From Flavobacteriaceae bacterium (lineage in GTDB: Bacteria; Bacteroidota; Bacteroidia; Flavobacteriales; Flavobacteriaceae), in the NCBI GenBank assembly GCA_965224465.1, contig OZ245049.1, positions 1,920,001 to 1,952,000 on the forward strand: 32,000 nt of DNA. Reading direction: 5' to 3'. A model generated the notes under the pieces. It saw only the letters and a program-made list of their open reading frames with translations. It had not been told where the DNA came from and did no database searches. Shown here piece by piece: positions 16,398-26,052 of this stretch (positions are counted from its first letter, which is position 1; every line of letters begins with the position of its first letter). The position numbers and the translations under genes were made by a program.

Positions 16398-18890
16398 TTG
16401 GACAAAATTAAACTCTTATTCTTGAAAAACCAGATTCGTATAACCATATTTGCCGGATGCATTCTTATGCTTATGAATGCCTGTAAGAGTACAAAATATG
16501 TTGGTAAAGATGAATTTCTACTAACAAAAACAACTATTAAAGTTAATAGTAAGACATCTATAGACGATGCTATAAATGATTATTTAGCACAACGACCAAA
16601 CAACACTTTATTAAACATCCCTATTGCTTTACTTTTCCATAACATCGGAAACAAACATTTTGACCCAAGCATCAACAAATGGCATAAAGAGCATCCAAAA
16701 GGCGCTAAATTTTTTACAACTATTTTCTCAAAAAAACAAGCCATCGGTTTTCGAGAGTTTAAGTACAAATACAATCAGTGGTGGTTAAAAAATGGAGAAT
16801 CACCGATTGTTTTAAATAAACTTAAAACAACAGACACAGAAACAAAATTAACGGAGCATTTTATACAACAAGGATATTTTGACGTTAAGGTAAATTCAAA
16901 AACTACTAAAAAGAACAAAAAGGCCTCCATTTTATACGAAGTAACAACCAACAAACCATATTTTTTAGGTGTCATTACTAAGCACATCCACTCACCCGTA
17001 TTAGACTCCATCTACAACCTTCATGCAACAGAAAGTATACTGCGTTCAGGTGATCAATACAACTACTCAAACATATTAGAAGAGACGAATAGATTGACAA
17101 AATTATTCAGAAATTCTGGAGTCTACAGATTCAACAAAAACACTATAGGGTATGAAGGAGACAGTATTCATAAAATAATAAACACCGAAATTGTTATAGG
17201 GAATAACGATATAAAAAAACCATACAAGGTCCAGTACATAAAAAAAATTAATATTTATACTGATTTCTCATACAACGATAGTCCATATAAAACATTTAAG
17301 GACTCTACAATATATAAAGGATACCACTTTTACGCACATGAAAAGATAGCATACAATCCCAAACTGTTATTAAATGCTGTTTTTATCAATCCAGACAAAA
17401 TATACAAAGATACAGACAGGGAGCTGACCCGAAAACATTTAAGAGGATTACTAAATTTTAGTTTAGTAGATATAAAATACACCGAATTGGAAGACGATTC
17501 TTTAGAAGCTTCAATCATTTTAAAACCATTAGCAAAATACAATCTAGGCTTTAGCACAGAACTTACCCATTCTAATATCAGACAATTAGGGATTTCAGGT
17601 AAAGTTATTTTCTCAAACAGAAATGCATTTAAAGGAGCAGAATTGTTTAAATTTTCGATTCAAGGAGCCTTTTTAGACTCCAAAGAAGCCTCCGATTCTG
17701 AGAGTCTTTTAAATGCTTTTGAACTAGGAGCAGATATATCATTAGAAATACCCCGTTTTGTATTGCCCTTTAATCTAGGAAAGGTTGTTCCTAAGAGAAT
17801 GTCTCCAAAAACAGCATTGTCTTTAGGAACTAGTTTGCAAAAGAACATCGGATTGGACAAACAAAAATTTAATGGAACTATGAGCTATAAATGGTTCCCT
17901 AATAAAAAAATAAGGCATACAATAGAACTATTAAACATACAGTTTATCCAAAATCTTAATACAGGTTCATACTTTAATATTTATGGATCTGAGTATAGTG
18001 ATTTACAAAAGATCCAACTTGAATACTTCCCCAACGAGAAACTGACGACTCAAAATGCCATTTCATTTATAAATTCAAATATAAACACCGCCTTTAATCT
18101 GTCAAACCCGATTGCATACCAAACGGCTCAAAACATTAAAAAAAGACGTTCCATAATTACCGAAGATTTTGTGATTCCAACCATTGCATATTCTTTTAAT
18201 TTTAACAATAGCGAATCGTATAAGGACACCAATTTCTCTGCTTTTAAAGCCAAACTATCTTTGGCCGGGAATTTATCTACCTTACTATCATCAACCAAAA
18301 ACACAAACGGATTAAAAACCATATTTAGTACTCCTATCGCTCAATATGTCAGAGGCGATTTTGAATATAAGAAGTATTGGGACCTCTCTTTTAATACAAT
18401 GCTCGCTTTTAGAAGTTCTTTAGGAATAGCCATCCCATACGGAAACACTAAAACAATGCCCTTTACAAAAAGTTATTTTGTAGGAGGGCCGAACGACTTA
18501 CGCGCGTGGAAAATATACGATTTAGGCCCTGGCTCTAGTAAAAGTGGATTGGAGTACAATATTGGAAACCTTAAGTTTTTAACAAGTCTAGAATATCGCT
18601 TTAAAATATTAAATAGTTTTAAAGGCGCTTTTTTTATAGACGCTGGAAATATATGGCATATTTCTAATGATGAAATATCTGTAGAAGAAGACACATTTAA
18701 TGGCGTTAATTCCCTCAAGGACATTGCTGTAGGGACTGGTTTTGGAATGCGCTATGACCTTAGTTTTATCTTAATTAGAATAGATATAGGATTTAAAACA
18801 TACGAGCCATATTTGGACGCAAAGAACAAATGGTTTCAGAACTATTTCAAAGGTAGAGTTATCAATTTTGGAATCAGTTACCCTTTTTAA
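16398..18890 (+). CDS. Omp85-superfamily outer-membrane protein with lipoprotein-type signal (BamA/TamA family; TamL-like)
   Basis: 830 aa. The N-terminus is ...ITIFAGCILMLMNAC-KST (signal plus Cys). The C-terminal bacterial surface antigen (D15) barrel-like region ends ...NFGISYPF. The only start after the in-frame stop at 16383-16385 is TTG at 16398, so the start is uncertain. Confidence 0.7.
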   Translation: MDKIKLLFLKNQIRITIFAGCILMLMNACKSTKYVGKDEFLLTKTTIKVNSKTSIDDAINDYLAQRPNNTLLNIPIALLFHNIGNKHFDPSINKWHKEHPKGAKFFTTIFSKKQAIGFREFKYKYNQWWLKNGESPIVLNKLKTTDTETKLTEHFIQQGYFDVKVNSKTTKKNKKASILYEVTTNKPYFLGVITKHIHSPVLDSIYNLHATESILRSGDQYNYSNILEETNRLTKLFRNSGVYRFNKNTIGYEGDSIHKIINTEIVIGNNDIKKPYKVQYIKKINIYTDFSYNDSPYKTFKDSTIYKGYHFYAHEKIAYNPKLLLNAVFINPDKIYKDTDRELTRKHLRGLLNFSLVDIKYTELEDDSLEASIILKPLAKYNLGFSTELTHSNIRQLGISGKVIFSNRNAFKGAELFKFSIQGAFLDSKEASDSESLLNAFELGADISLEIPRFVLPFNLGKVVPKRMSPKTALSLGTSLQKNIGLDKQKFNGTMSYKWFPNKKIRHTIELLNIQFIQNLNTGSYFNIYGSEYSDLQKIQLEYFPNEKLTTQNAISFINSNINTAFNLSNPIAYQTAQNIKKRRSIITEDFVIPTIAYSFNFNNSESYKDTNFSAFKAKLSLAGNLSTLLSSTKNTNGLKTIFSTPIAQYVRGDFEYKKYWDLSFNTMLAFRSSLGIAIPYGNTKTMPFTKSYFVGGPNDLRAWKIYDLGPGSSKSGLEYNIGNLKFLTSLEYRFKILNSFKGAFFIDAGNIWHISNDEISVEEDTFNGVNSLKDIAVGTGFGMRYDLSFILIRIDIGFKTYEPYLDAKNKWFQNYFKGRVINFGISYPF

Positions 18891-18933
18891 AAAGCTATCT
18901 AAAACGGTTTCGTTAATAGCCTTATGGCATCGG

Positions 18934-18963
18934 TTTGATTCCATTAATAATTCACTACTTTTG
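18934..18963 (+). promoter_or_regulatory. promoter candidate TTTG-N18-TACTTTTG for fbaA
   Basis: TTTG at 18934-18937 and TACTTTTG at 18956-18963. The ATG is at 18990, giving a predicted leader of about 20 nt. Confidence 0.5.
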
Positions 18964-18989
18964 TGCTACTAATACTATAAAAAGTTATT

Positions 18990-20057
18990 ATGAGCAACAC
19001 AATAAAAGCAGGAGTAGCCACAGGCGATACTGTACAACAATTATTTAAATTAGCAAAAGAGAAAAATTTTGCTATTCCAGCAGTAAATGTAATCGGATCA
19101 GATACGATTAATGCTGTTATGGAAACTGCAAAGAATTTAAATGCTCCAGTTATTATTCAATTCTCAAATGGAGGAGCACAATTTAATGCAGGAAAAGGAT
19201 TATCTAACGAAAATGAAAAAGCTGCTATTGCTGGTGCCATTGCTGGTGCAAGACATGTACATACCCTAGCAGAATCTTACGGAATCCCAGTTATTTTACA
19301 CACAGACCACTGTGCTAAAAAACTACTTCCTTGGATCGATGGTTTATTAGATGCTGGAGAACAATTTTACAAAGAAAATGGTGTTCCATTATTTAGTTCT
19401 CACATGATTGACTTATCTGAAGAGCCTTTAGAAGAAAACATTGCTATCTGTAAAACATACCTTGAACGTATGGCTAAGATAGATATGACTTTGGAAATAG
19501 AATTAGGAATTACAGGAGGAGAAGAAGATGGTGTTGACAATTCTGATGTTGATGCATCAAAATTATACACTCAACCAGAAGAAGTTGCTTTCTCGTACGA
19601 AGAACTTAAAAAAGTAAGTGATCGATTTACAATTGCTGCATCTTTTGGAAATGTACACGGTGTATACAAACCAGGAAATGTAAAATTAACACCAAAGATT
19701 TTAGATAACTCTCAAAAGTATATCGAAGAAAAATACAAGACAGAAAAAAACCCAGTTGATTTTGTTTTCCACGGAGGATCAGGGTCTACCATCGAAGAAA
19801 TTCGTGAGGCTATTGACTACGGTGTAATCAAAATGAATATCGATACTGATTTACAATTTGCATTTACGGAAGGTATCCGTGATTATATGGGAGCAAAAGT
19901 TGACTATTTAAAAACTCAAATCGGAAACCCAGAAGGAAGTGAGCAACCAAACAAAAAGCATTACGACCCACGTAAATGGCTTAGAGAAGGTGAATTAACA
20001 TTCTCGACTCGTTTAAAGAAAGCTTTCGAAGACTTGAAGAATGTGAACACCTTGTAA
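18990..20057 (+). CDS. fbaA: class II fructose-bisphosphate aldolase
   Basis: 355 aa. The segment ILHTDHCAKKLLPWIDGLLDAGEQFYKENGVPLFSSHMIDLSEEPLEENI is nearly identical to the E. coli FbaA active-site region. Confidence 0.95.
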   Translation: MSNTIKAGVATGDTVQQLFKLAKEKNFAIPAVNVIGSDTINAVMETAKNLNAPVIIQFSNGGAQFNAGKGLSNENEKAAIAGAIAGARHVHTLAESYGIPVILHTDHCAKKLLPWIDGLLDAGEQFYKENGVPLFSSHMIDLSEEPLEENIAICKTYLERMAKIDMTLEIELGITGGEEDGVDNSDVDASKLYTQPEEVAFSYEELKKVSDRFTIAASFGNVHGVYKPGNVKLTPKILDNSQKYIEEKYKTEKNPVDFVFHGGSGSTIEEIREAIDYGVIKMNIDTDLQFAFTEGIRDYMGAKVDYLKTQIGNPEGSEQPNKKHYDPRKWLREGELTFSTRLKKAFEDLKNVNTL

Positions 20058-20079
20058 CATTACAAAATAAAGTTTTATG

Positions 20080-20120
20080 AATATGAGATCGCATTTTAGG
20101 ATGCTTTCTCATATTTTTTT
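20080..20120 (+). terminator. rho-independent terminator of fbaA
   Basis: AATATGAGA (20080-20088) pairs with TCTCATATT (20107-20115), with an inner GCAT/ATGC pairing. A T-run follows to 20120. Confidence 0.7.
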
Positions 20121-20159
20121 TATTTATTTGTAGCATCTAACAACTAAAACTAATATCAT

Positions 20160-21023
20160 ATGTCATCTTGGTTTAAACGAAAAGACAAAGGGATTCAAAC
20201 CCCTACTGAAGACAAAAAGGATGTCCCAAAAGGGTTATGGTACAAAACCCCTAGTGGTAAAATAATAGACACTAAAGAATTAGAAAAGAATTTTTACGTA
20301 AGCCCAGAAGACGGATATCATGTAAGAATAGGAAGTAAGGAATATTTTGAAATACTGTTTGACGACAACAAATTCAAGGAATTAGACAGCAACCTAACTT
20401 CTAAAGACCCCTTAAAATTTGTTGACACAAAACCATATACAGATCGATTAAAAGAGGCTCAGAAAAAAACAAAACTTAATGATGCCGTTCGTACTGCCGT
20501 TGGAAAATCATTAGGAAAAGACTTGGTAATAGCTGCCATGGATTTTAGTTTTATCGGAGGTTCTATGGGAAGTGTTGTCGGCGAAAAAATAGCCAGAGCT
20601 ATTGATTATGCTATCAAAAAGAAATTACCTTTTGTGATGATTTCAAAATCTGGAGGTGCCAGAATGATGGAAGCATCGCTTAGTTTGATGCAATTGGTAA
20701 AAACATCGGTTAAGCTAGCACAACTTGCAGAAGCTAAACTTCCTTATATTTCCTTGTGTACAGACCCTACTACTGGAGGAACTACAGCGTCTTACGCCAT
20801 GCTTGGTGACGTGAATTTTGCAGAACCAAATGCCTTAGTTGCATTTGCAGGACCACGCGTAGTTAAAGATACCACTGGTCAGGAATTACCAGAAGGCTTC
20901 CAACGCTCAGAATTCTTATTAGAGCACGGATTTCTAGATAAAATTATAGAACGAAAAAAATTAAAAACACAATTAAATTTATATTTAGATTTAATACAAA
21001 ACAATCCGCTAAGAACAGCGTAA
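20160..21023 (+). CDS. accD: acetyl-CoA carboxylase carboxyltransferase beta subunit
   Basis: 287 aa with [27 protein letters not shown] and ...GGARMMEA...[23 protein letters not shown], typical of AccD. The N-terminal zinc-ribbon cysteines are absent (see findings). Confidence 0.9.
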   Translation: MSSWFKRKDKGIQTPTEDKKDVPKGLWYKTPSGKIIDTKELEKNFYVSPEDGYHVRIGSKEYFEILFDDNKFKELDSNLTSKDPLKFVDTKPYTDRLKEAQKKTKLNDAVRTAVGKSLGKDLVIAAMDFSFIGGSMGSVVGEKIARAIDYAIKKKLPFVMISKSGGARMMEASLSLMQLVKTSVKLAQLAEAKLPYISLCTDPTTGGTTASYAMLGDVNFAEPNALVAFAGPRVVKDTTGQELPEGFQRSEFLLEHGFLDKIIERKKLKTQLNLYLDLIQNNPLRTA

Positions 21024-21027
21024 TTAT

Positions 21028-21053
21028 AAAAAGCGAGCAATGCTCGCTTTTTT
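21028..21053 (+). terminator. rho-independent terminator of accD
   Basis: AAAAAGCGAGC / GCTCGCTTTTT with a 3-nt loop and a T-run (21048-21053). Confidence 0.8.
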
Positions 21054-21325
21054 CATATCAAGAAAGCTTCTAATTATTGAATCCATTCACTAAAAAATGT
21101 TTTTATTAGAGTCCCAAAATTACTTTATCTAAATTAAACTCAGACTCAAAATTATCACATGCTAAGCATATCTACCTAAACAAATTAGAACCCAAGATAC
21201 TCAATAATATTTACGGTCTTTTATCGTGTATTCTTTTATCAATCGAAATAATAAAGCTACCTTTGCGCCTTTGATATTACAATTGATATCACTACATAAA
21301 AATTATTAATAAAATTAATGTTAGC

Positions 21326-21595
21326 ATGTACTTAACAAAAAAAACAAAAGAAGAACTCTTCGGAAAACACGGTAAATCAACAAAAGATACTGGATCTGCC
21401 GAAGGTCAAATTGCGTTATTCACTCATCGAATTAGCCACTTAACTGAACACTTGAAAAAAAATCATAAAGATTATAATACGCAACGTTCACTAGTAAAGC
21501 TAGTTGGTAAGAGAAGAGATCAATTGGATTATTTAATCAAATCTGACATTACACGTTACCGTGCAATTATCAAAGAATTAGGATTAAGAAAATAA
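21326..21595 (+). CDS. rpsO: 30S ribosomal protein S15
   Basis: 89 aa with ...GSAEGQIALFTHRISHLTEHLKKNHKDYNTQRSLVKLVGKRRDQLDYL..., canonical S15. A TACCTTTG -7-like box lies at 21258-21265. Confidence 0.95.
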   Translation: MYLTKKTKEELFGKHGKSTKDTGSAEGQIALFTHRISHLTEHLKKNHKDYNTQRSLVKLVGKRRDQLDYLIKSDITRYRAIIKELGLRK

Positions 21596-21609
21596 TCAAA
21601 TCATACACT

Positions 21610-21640
21610 AAAGGGGCTACTATTGCCCCTTTTGTTATTT
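21610..21640 (+). terminator. hairpin between rpsO and pnp (terminator/attenuator or processing site)
   Basis: AAAGGGGC (21610-21617), 7-nt loop, GCCCCTTT (21625-21632), then TGTTATTT. An rpsO-pnp intergenic hairpin is a known feature of this gene pair in other bacteria. Confidence 0.6.
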
Positions 21641-21731
21641 AAAAAAAGAAAGCATCATTAAACTTTTCATTGGCAAAGAACAACACAACACTTAACCAAT
21701 TTGTTTAATTAATAGAATTTAAAAAAAATTT

Positions 21732-23891
21732 ATGATTCCAAAAGTTTTTAGAGAGGTCATAGACCTAGGAGATGGAAGAGAAATCTCTATCGAAACCGGT
21801 AAATTAGCCAAACAAGCACATGGTTCAGTGGTAGTACAAATGGGTAAAGCAATGCTTTTATGTACTGTTGTATCTAGCTATGAGCAAAGTAAACTTGACT
21901 TTTTACCATTGACATTAGATTACCGTGAAAAATTTGCAGCTGCAGGTCGTTATCCTGGAGGTTTCTTCAAAAGAGAAGCCAGACCAAGTAATGATGAAAT
22001 CTTAGTAATGCGTTTAGTGGATCGTGTATTGCGTCCTTTATTCCCTAAAGATTACCATGCAGAAACTCAAGTAATGATTCAGTTAATGTCTCATGACGAA
22101 AATGTAATGCCAGACGCTTTGGCTGGATTAGCAGCATCTGCAGCTATTCAGTTAAGTGATATCCCTTTCGAAACTCCAATCTCAGAAGTACGTGTTGCTA
22201 GAGTAAATGGAGAATTTGTATTGAATCCAAGTAGAACTATCTTAGAACATGCCGATATAGACATGCTAATTGGTGCTTCTGCAGACTCAGTAATGATGGT
22301 AGAAGGAGAAATGGACGAATGTTCTGAAGAAGAGATGGCAGAAGCTATCAAATTTGGACATGAAGCTATTAAAATACAATGTGCTGCTCAAGTTAGATTG
22401 GCAGAAGCATTTGGTAAAAAAGAAACTCGTGAATACGCTCCAGAACCTACTGACGAAGACTTAGCTGCTAAAATTAGAGAAGCTGCATACCAAAAATGTT
22501 ACGACATTGCTAAAAAAGGAACTTCTAAAGCAGAACGTTCTGCTGCTTTTGCGGAAGTAAAAGAAGAAGTAAAAGCATTGTTTACTGAAGAAGAATTAGA
22601 AGAATACGGAGCAATGGTTGGAAAATATTTCAACGCTGCTCAAAAAGAAGCTGTTCGTGAACTTACTTTAGCGGAAGGTTTACGTTTAGACGGTCGTAAG
22701 ACTACAGAAATCAGACCTATCTGGTGTGAAGTAGATTACTTACCATCTACACACGGTTCTGCTATCTTTACTCGTGGAGAAACACAAGCATTAGCTACTG
22801 TAACTTTAGGAACGTCAAGAGAAGCAAGTCAAATAGACATGCCTACTTACCAAGGTGAAGAAACTTTTTACTTACACTATAACTTCCCTCCTTTCTGTAC
22901 AGGAGAAGCAAGACCTTTAAGAGGAACTTCTCGTCGTGAAATTGGACATGGAAACTTAGCACAACGTGCATTAAAAGGAATGGTACCTGCAGATTGTCCT
23001 TATACAGTACGTGTGGTATCTGAAGTATTAGAATCTAACGGTTCTTCTTCTATGGCAACAGTTTGTGCTGGAACTATGGCTTTGATGGATGCTGGTATTC
23101 AAATGACAAAACCAGTTTCTGGTATTGCTATGGGATTAATTTCTGATGGTGATCGTTATGCTGTATTGTCTGATATTTTAGGTGATGAAGATCACTTAGG
23201 AGATATGGACTTTAAAGTAACGGGTACTGCTGATGGTATTACTGCTTGTCAAATGGACATTAAAGTAAAAGGATTGTCTTACGAAATCTTAGTAAGTGCT
23301 TTAAAACAAGCCCGTGATGGTCGTTTACATATCTTAGGGAAAATTACAGATACTATTTCAGCACCTGCTGCAGAAGTAAAATCTCACTCTCCTAAAATGG
23401 TGACTAAAACGATTCCTGGTGACTTTATTGGAGCTTTAATTGGTCCTGGTGGAAAAGTAATTCAAGAATTACAAAAATCAACTGGTACTACTATCGTAAT
23501 TAATGAAGATCCTGTAACTGAAGAAGGAATTGTTGAAATCTTAGGTACAGATCAATCTGGTATTGACGCGGTATTAGCTAAAATAGATTCTATCACTTTC
23601 AAACCAGAAAGAGGAAGTGTCTACGAAGTTAAAGTAATTAAAATGCTTGACTTTGGTGCTGTTGTAGAATATATGGAAGCTCCAGGAAATGAAGTATTAT
23701 TACATATTTCTGAATTGGCTTGGGCTCGCACAGAAAACGTTACTGATGTTGTAAACATGGGTGATGTATTTGATGTAAAATACTTTGGTAGAGATCCAAA
23801 AACAAGAAAAGAAAAGGTTTCTAGAAAAGCGTTATTACCACGCCCTGAAAGAACACCTGTTAAGAAAGAGGAATCTAAAAAAGAGGACTAA
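21732..23891 (+). CDS. pnp: polyribonucleotide nucleotidyltransferase (PNPase)
   Basis: 719 aa with two RNase PH domains, KH ([21 protein letters not shown]) and S1 ([18 protein letters not shown]...) domains, plus a short K/E-rich tail. Confidence 0.97.
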   Translation: MIPKVFREVIDLGDGREISIETGKLAKQAHGSVVVQMGKAMLLCTVVSSYEQSKLDFLPLTLDYREKFAAAGRYPGGFFKREARPSNDEILVMRLVDRVLRPLFPKDYHAETQVMIQLMSHDENVMPDALAGLAASAAIQLSDIPFETPISEVRVARVNGEFVLNPSRTILEHADIDMLIGASADSVMMVEGEMDECSEEEMAEAIKFGHEAIKIQCAAQVRLAEAFGKKETREYAPEPTDEDLAAKIREAAYQKCYDIAKKGTSKAERSAAFAEVKEEVKALFTEEELEEYGAMVGKYFNAAQKEAVRELTLAEGLRLDGRKTTEIRPIWCEVDYLPSTHGSAIFTRGETQALATVTLGTSREASQIDMPTYQGEETFYLHYNFPPFCTGEARPLRGTSRREIGHGNLAQRALKGMVPADCPYTVRVVSEVLESNGSSSMATVCAGTMALMDAGIQMTKPVSGIAMGLISDGDRYAVLSDILGDEDHLGDMDFKVTGTADGITACQMDIKVKGLSYEILVSALKQARDGRLHILGKITDTISAPAAEVKSHSPKMVTKTIPGDFIGALIGPGGKVIQELQKSTGTTIVINEDPVTEEGIVEILGTDQSGIDAVLAKIDSITFKPERGSVYEVKVIKMLDFGAVVEYMEAPGNEVLLHISELAWARTENVTDVVNMGDVFDVKYFGRDPKTRKEKVSRKALLPRPERTPVKKEESKKED

Positions 23892-23917
23892 ATAAGAAAC
23901 TTCTTTTTATATCATCT

Positions 23918-23950
23918 AAAAGCTTCACAAGTAATTGTGGAGCTTTTTTT
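23918..23950 (+). terminator. rho-independent terminator of pnp
   Basis: AAAAGCTTCACAA / TTGTGGAGCTTTT stem (one G-U pair) with a 4-nt loop, followed by a T-run to 23950. Confidence 0.8.
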
Positions 23951-24101
23951 ATACACTACAAACTCATCAAAAGAACCAAATAACCCTAAATATTCCTCAA
24001 TTAACCTTCTGTAGCATTTTTTCGCATACAAGTCCAACCATTTAATCTCTCTACATAAATATACGGCATTATTTTTGAGTAGAAACCATTTTATTACACT
24101 C

Positions 24102-24644
24102 ATGAAACAACTATATATAGCAACTTTTATACTTCTAAATTCCATCAGCATAAACGCACAAGAGGAAGAAAAAACAAAAGGACTTTACTATAAAATATCC
24201 GCAGCAATAACTTTAATGCTCAACGAAAACTACACAGTAGATACAGATGACGACGAATCTTTATTTGCCGCCAATGCTATCTTTATAAATAACAGTCTAG
24301 GGCTGCAAGTAGACGATCGCATTTCTGTAGACATCAATGCACAAATAGACATGCATTTAAAACAAGACCTACGATTCTTCCCTGTTTATTTTAGCTCTCA
24401 ATATAACTTAGTTGAAGATGACTCAAACATCTTCCTAAGAGCTGGTTATGGTCGTATGTTTAAATTAACTAAAAAATTTAAAAAAGGATCCATGTACAAA
24501 ACAGGGCTTGGAATTCAGTTTTTTGATGATAATTTCAGAAATTCACTACTTCTTGGACTGGATTTTACAAGAAAAAGATTTGGATTCAGAGAACGTGAAA
24601 AACTATCAAGCCTATCCATTTTTCTAGAGTACAGATTATTTTAA
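24102..24644 (+). CDS. small secreted protein, probably an 8-stranded outer-membrane beta-barrel (hypothetical)
   Basis: I place the start at MKQLYIATFILLNSISINAQ (signal peptide). The track ORF starts 9 codons earlier. The C-terminus ...SIFLEYRLF has the aromatic OMP terminal signature. A TATTTTTG box lies at 24070-24077. Confidence 0.6.
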   Translation: MKQLYIATFILLNSISINAQEEEKTKGLYYKISAAITLMLNENYTVDTDDDESLFAANAIFINNSLGLQVDDRISVDINAQIDMHLKQDLRFFPVYFSSQYNLVEDDSNIFLRAGYGRMFKLTKKFKKGSMYKTGLGIQFFDDNFRNSLLLGLDFTRKRFGFREREKLSSLSIFLEYRLF

Positions 24645-24715
24645 GGATACAGGAAGTCCTTTATTTATACGAGCTACTTTTTAAAAATAGCCCTATAATC
24701 TGATTGGGTATAAAA

Positions 24716-24761
24716 CCATTTACAATCCAAAATAACCTTCACTTGGAAATGTAGTTGGTAT
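24716..24761 (+). repeat. dispersed intergenic repeat, copy D (core with a ~10-nt insertion)
   Basis: CCATTTA[CAATCCAAAA]TAACCTTCACTTGGAAATGTAGTTGGTAT compared with copy C CCATTTATTAACCATTCACTTGGAAATGTGTTTGGTAT. It is bracketed by the 7-nt inverted repeat GATTGGG (24702-24708) / CCCAATC (24770-24776). Confidence 0.65.
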
Positions 24762-25022
24762 AAGAGATGCCCAATCACTCTCACCGTAAAGCTTGAATGA
24801 CTGGACTTTTCTCTCTTTTCGACAGAAGTTACTAACCCAAAAAACTTCTGCCTATTTCTTTCTTGATTCTTCAAGAGTTTTTTTAAAAAAAAGAAGACCT
24901 TAAATACTCCGCAAAAATCATGAAAACATCTGTTTGTGTAAACACCTACAAATGCACTTTCTTTTTCCCTTTTTCTAGTGTACAATTTCCCCTAGCAAAG
25001 TATAAACGGTCTTCTTATATTA

Positions 25023-25847
25023 TTATTTTATTTTAACCTCACTATCAACAACATCTTTAATAGGTAGAATTACAATACCCTCTTCAGTTTTAATAGTTAA
25101 CACAATATTATCTATCGCAATAACAACACCTTTAATATCTCCAATCTCAACAGCTTGTCCAATTCCAATGTTTTTTCGGGTATAAAACCCTAATAACAAT
25201 CTTAAAATCACATCTCGAGACCCCAATCCAAAAGCAATGGTAAATGCGGCTAACATAGCACCTACAATCATTGTAAGATTGCTCGTTATCATACTCGTAT
25301 CAATACCTGCTTGATTTAAAGCGGTAATGGTTACAACAACAACAATTGCGTAAAAAGCAATATTACTGACAAGATTAGAACCCGATATTTCTAAACTCTT
25401 AAATGTATTCTGAATCGCTCCTTTTACAACCGACCCTAGATAAACACCTACAACAAAAATCAATAATGCTGTTACGAGTACAGGTAAATAAGCAATAAAA
25501 CTACCAATGCCTTCCGTAATCATATGTAAACCTGATTTTTCAGCTCCAATAATTATAAAAATCATAATCAATAAAAACTTCACAAACTTTAAAATAATCT
25601 TAGAGGGCTGCACAGTAAAATCACTTTTACCAAAAAGCTCTGCATCGTTTAATTTTGTAGTAAGAGAATCAATATTTGTTATTTTTAAAATTTTTGAAAG
25701 TACAAAATTCACGATCCATAATACGATCAAAGCAACTACAAAAAATGCGATTGCTATCAATACTTTGGGTAAAAAATCTAAAAAGCTCGTCCAAATATTC
25801 TCTAAAAAACTGGGCTTTATTTCATTAAATTGGGTTGCTAATATCAT
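25023..25847 (-). CDS. small MscS-like membrane protein ('conserved TM helix' repeats plus a short MscS beta-domain-like C-terminus)
   Basis: 274 aa with about 5-6 predicted TM helices by eye. The C-terminal GQAVEIGDIKGVVIAIDNIVLTIKTEEGIVILPIKDVV resembles the MscS beta-domain start. It is the last gene of the ECF sigma operon. Confidence 0.6.
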   Translation of the reverse strand: MILATQFNEIKPSFLENIWTSFLDFLPKVLIAIAFFVVALIVLWIVNFVLSKILKITNIDSLTTKLNDAELFGKSDFTVQPSKIILKFVKFLLIMIFIIIGAEKSGLHMITEGIGSFIAYLPVLVTALLIFVVGVYLGSVVKGAIQNTFKSLEISGSNLVSNIAFYAIVVVVTITALNQAGIDTSMITSNLTMIVGAMLAAFTIAFGLGSRDVILRLLLGFYTRKNIGIGQAVEIGDIKGVVIAIDNIVLTIKTEEGIVILPIKDVVDSEVKIK

Positions 25848-25854
25848 AATTTAC

Positions 25855-26052
25855 TTATTTTGGGTGGTCATTAATTTTTATTTTTGTCTTTTTATCCATC
25901 ATAAATTCGCCAATAGTATTTGGATACTTTACGACGAATAAGTCAGCAACATCTAAAGAAAGCTTAATCAACGCAATATCATTGATCACCTTCTCTCTAA
26001 GGATCTCAGGAACGTCTTCATTGTGCAATATTTTCTTAAACGGATTTTCCAT
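25855..26052 (-). CDS. 65-aa soluble protein translationally coupled to the ECF sigma factor (candidate anti-sigma or adaptor; unknown family)
   Basis: MENPFKKILHNEDVPEILREKVINDIALIKLSLDVADLF... Its ATG overlaps the sigma gene TGA (TGATG on the minus strand). It has no Cys/His zinc motif and no TM segment. It ends 7 nt before the next gene. Confidence 0.45.
   Translation of the reverse strand: MENPFKKILHNEDVPEILREKVINDIALIKLSLDVADLFVVKYPNTIGEFMMDKKTKIKINDHPK

Noticed and set aside
21082-21109. Possible fifth, degenerate copy of the dispersed repeat (TCCATTCACTAAAAAATGTTTTTATTAG)
   Set aside because: It shares CCATTCACT and AAATGT with copy C, but the rest needs gaps and mismatches. It is also not in a convergent spacer. 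It is too weak to count without a profile search.
23912-24151. 79-aa minus-strand ORF
   Set aside because: It overlaps the pnp terminator, the promoter-like box and the signal-peptide coding region of the plus-strand small OMP gene. It has no supporting features.
24645-24680. RNase P RNA-like motif (ACAGGAAGTCC resembles GAGGAAAGUCC)
   Set aside because: It is only a partial match. The surrounding sequence is AT-rich with none of the other conserved RNase P helices or regions.
24674-24985. 103-aa minus-strand ORF in the 24645-25022 spacer
   Set aside because: It has an odd composition, no promoter or terminator context, and runs through repeat copy D. The apparent peptide similarity among minus-strand translations of the repeat copies (IPNTF(L/P)S(D/E)...) breaks down outside the ~40-nt core, and the frames differ. 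I therefore treat the conservation as nucleotide-level.
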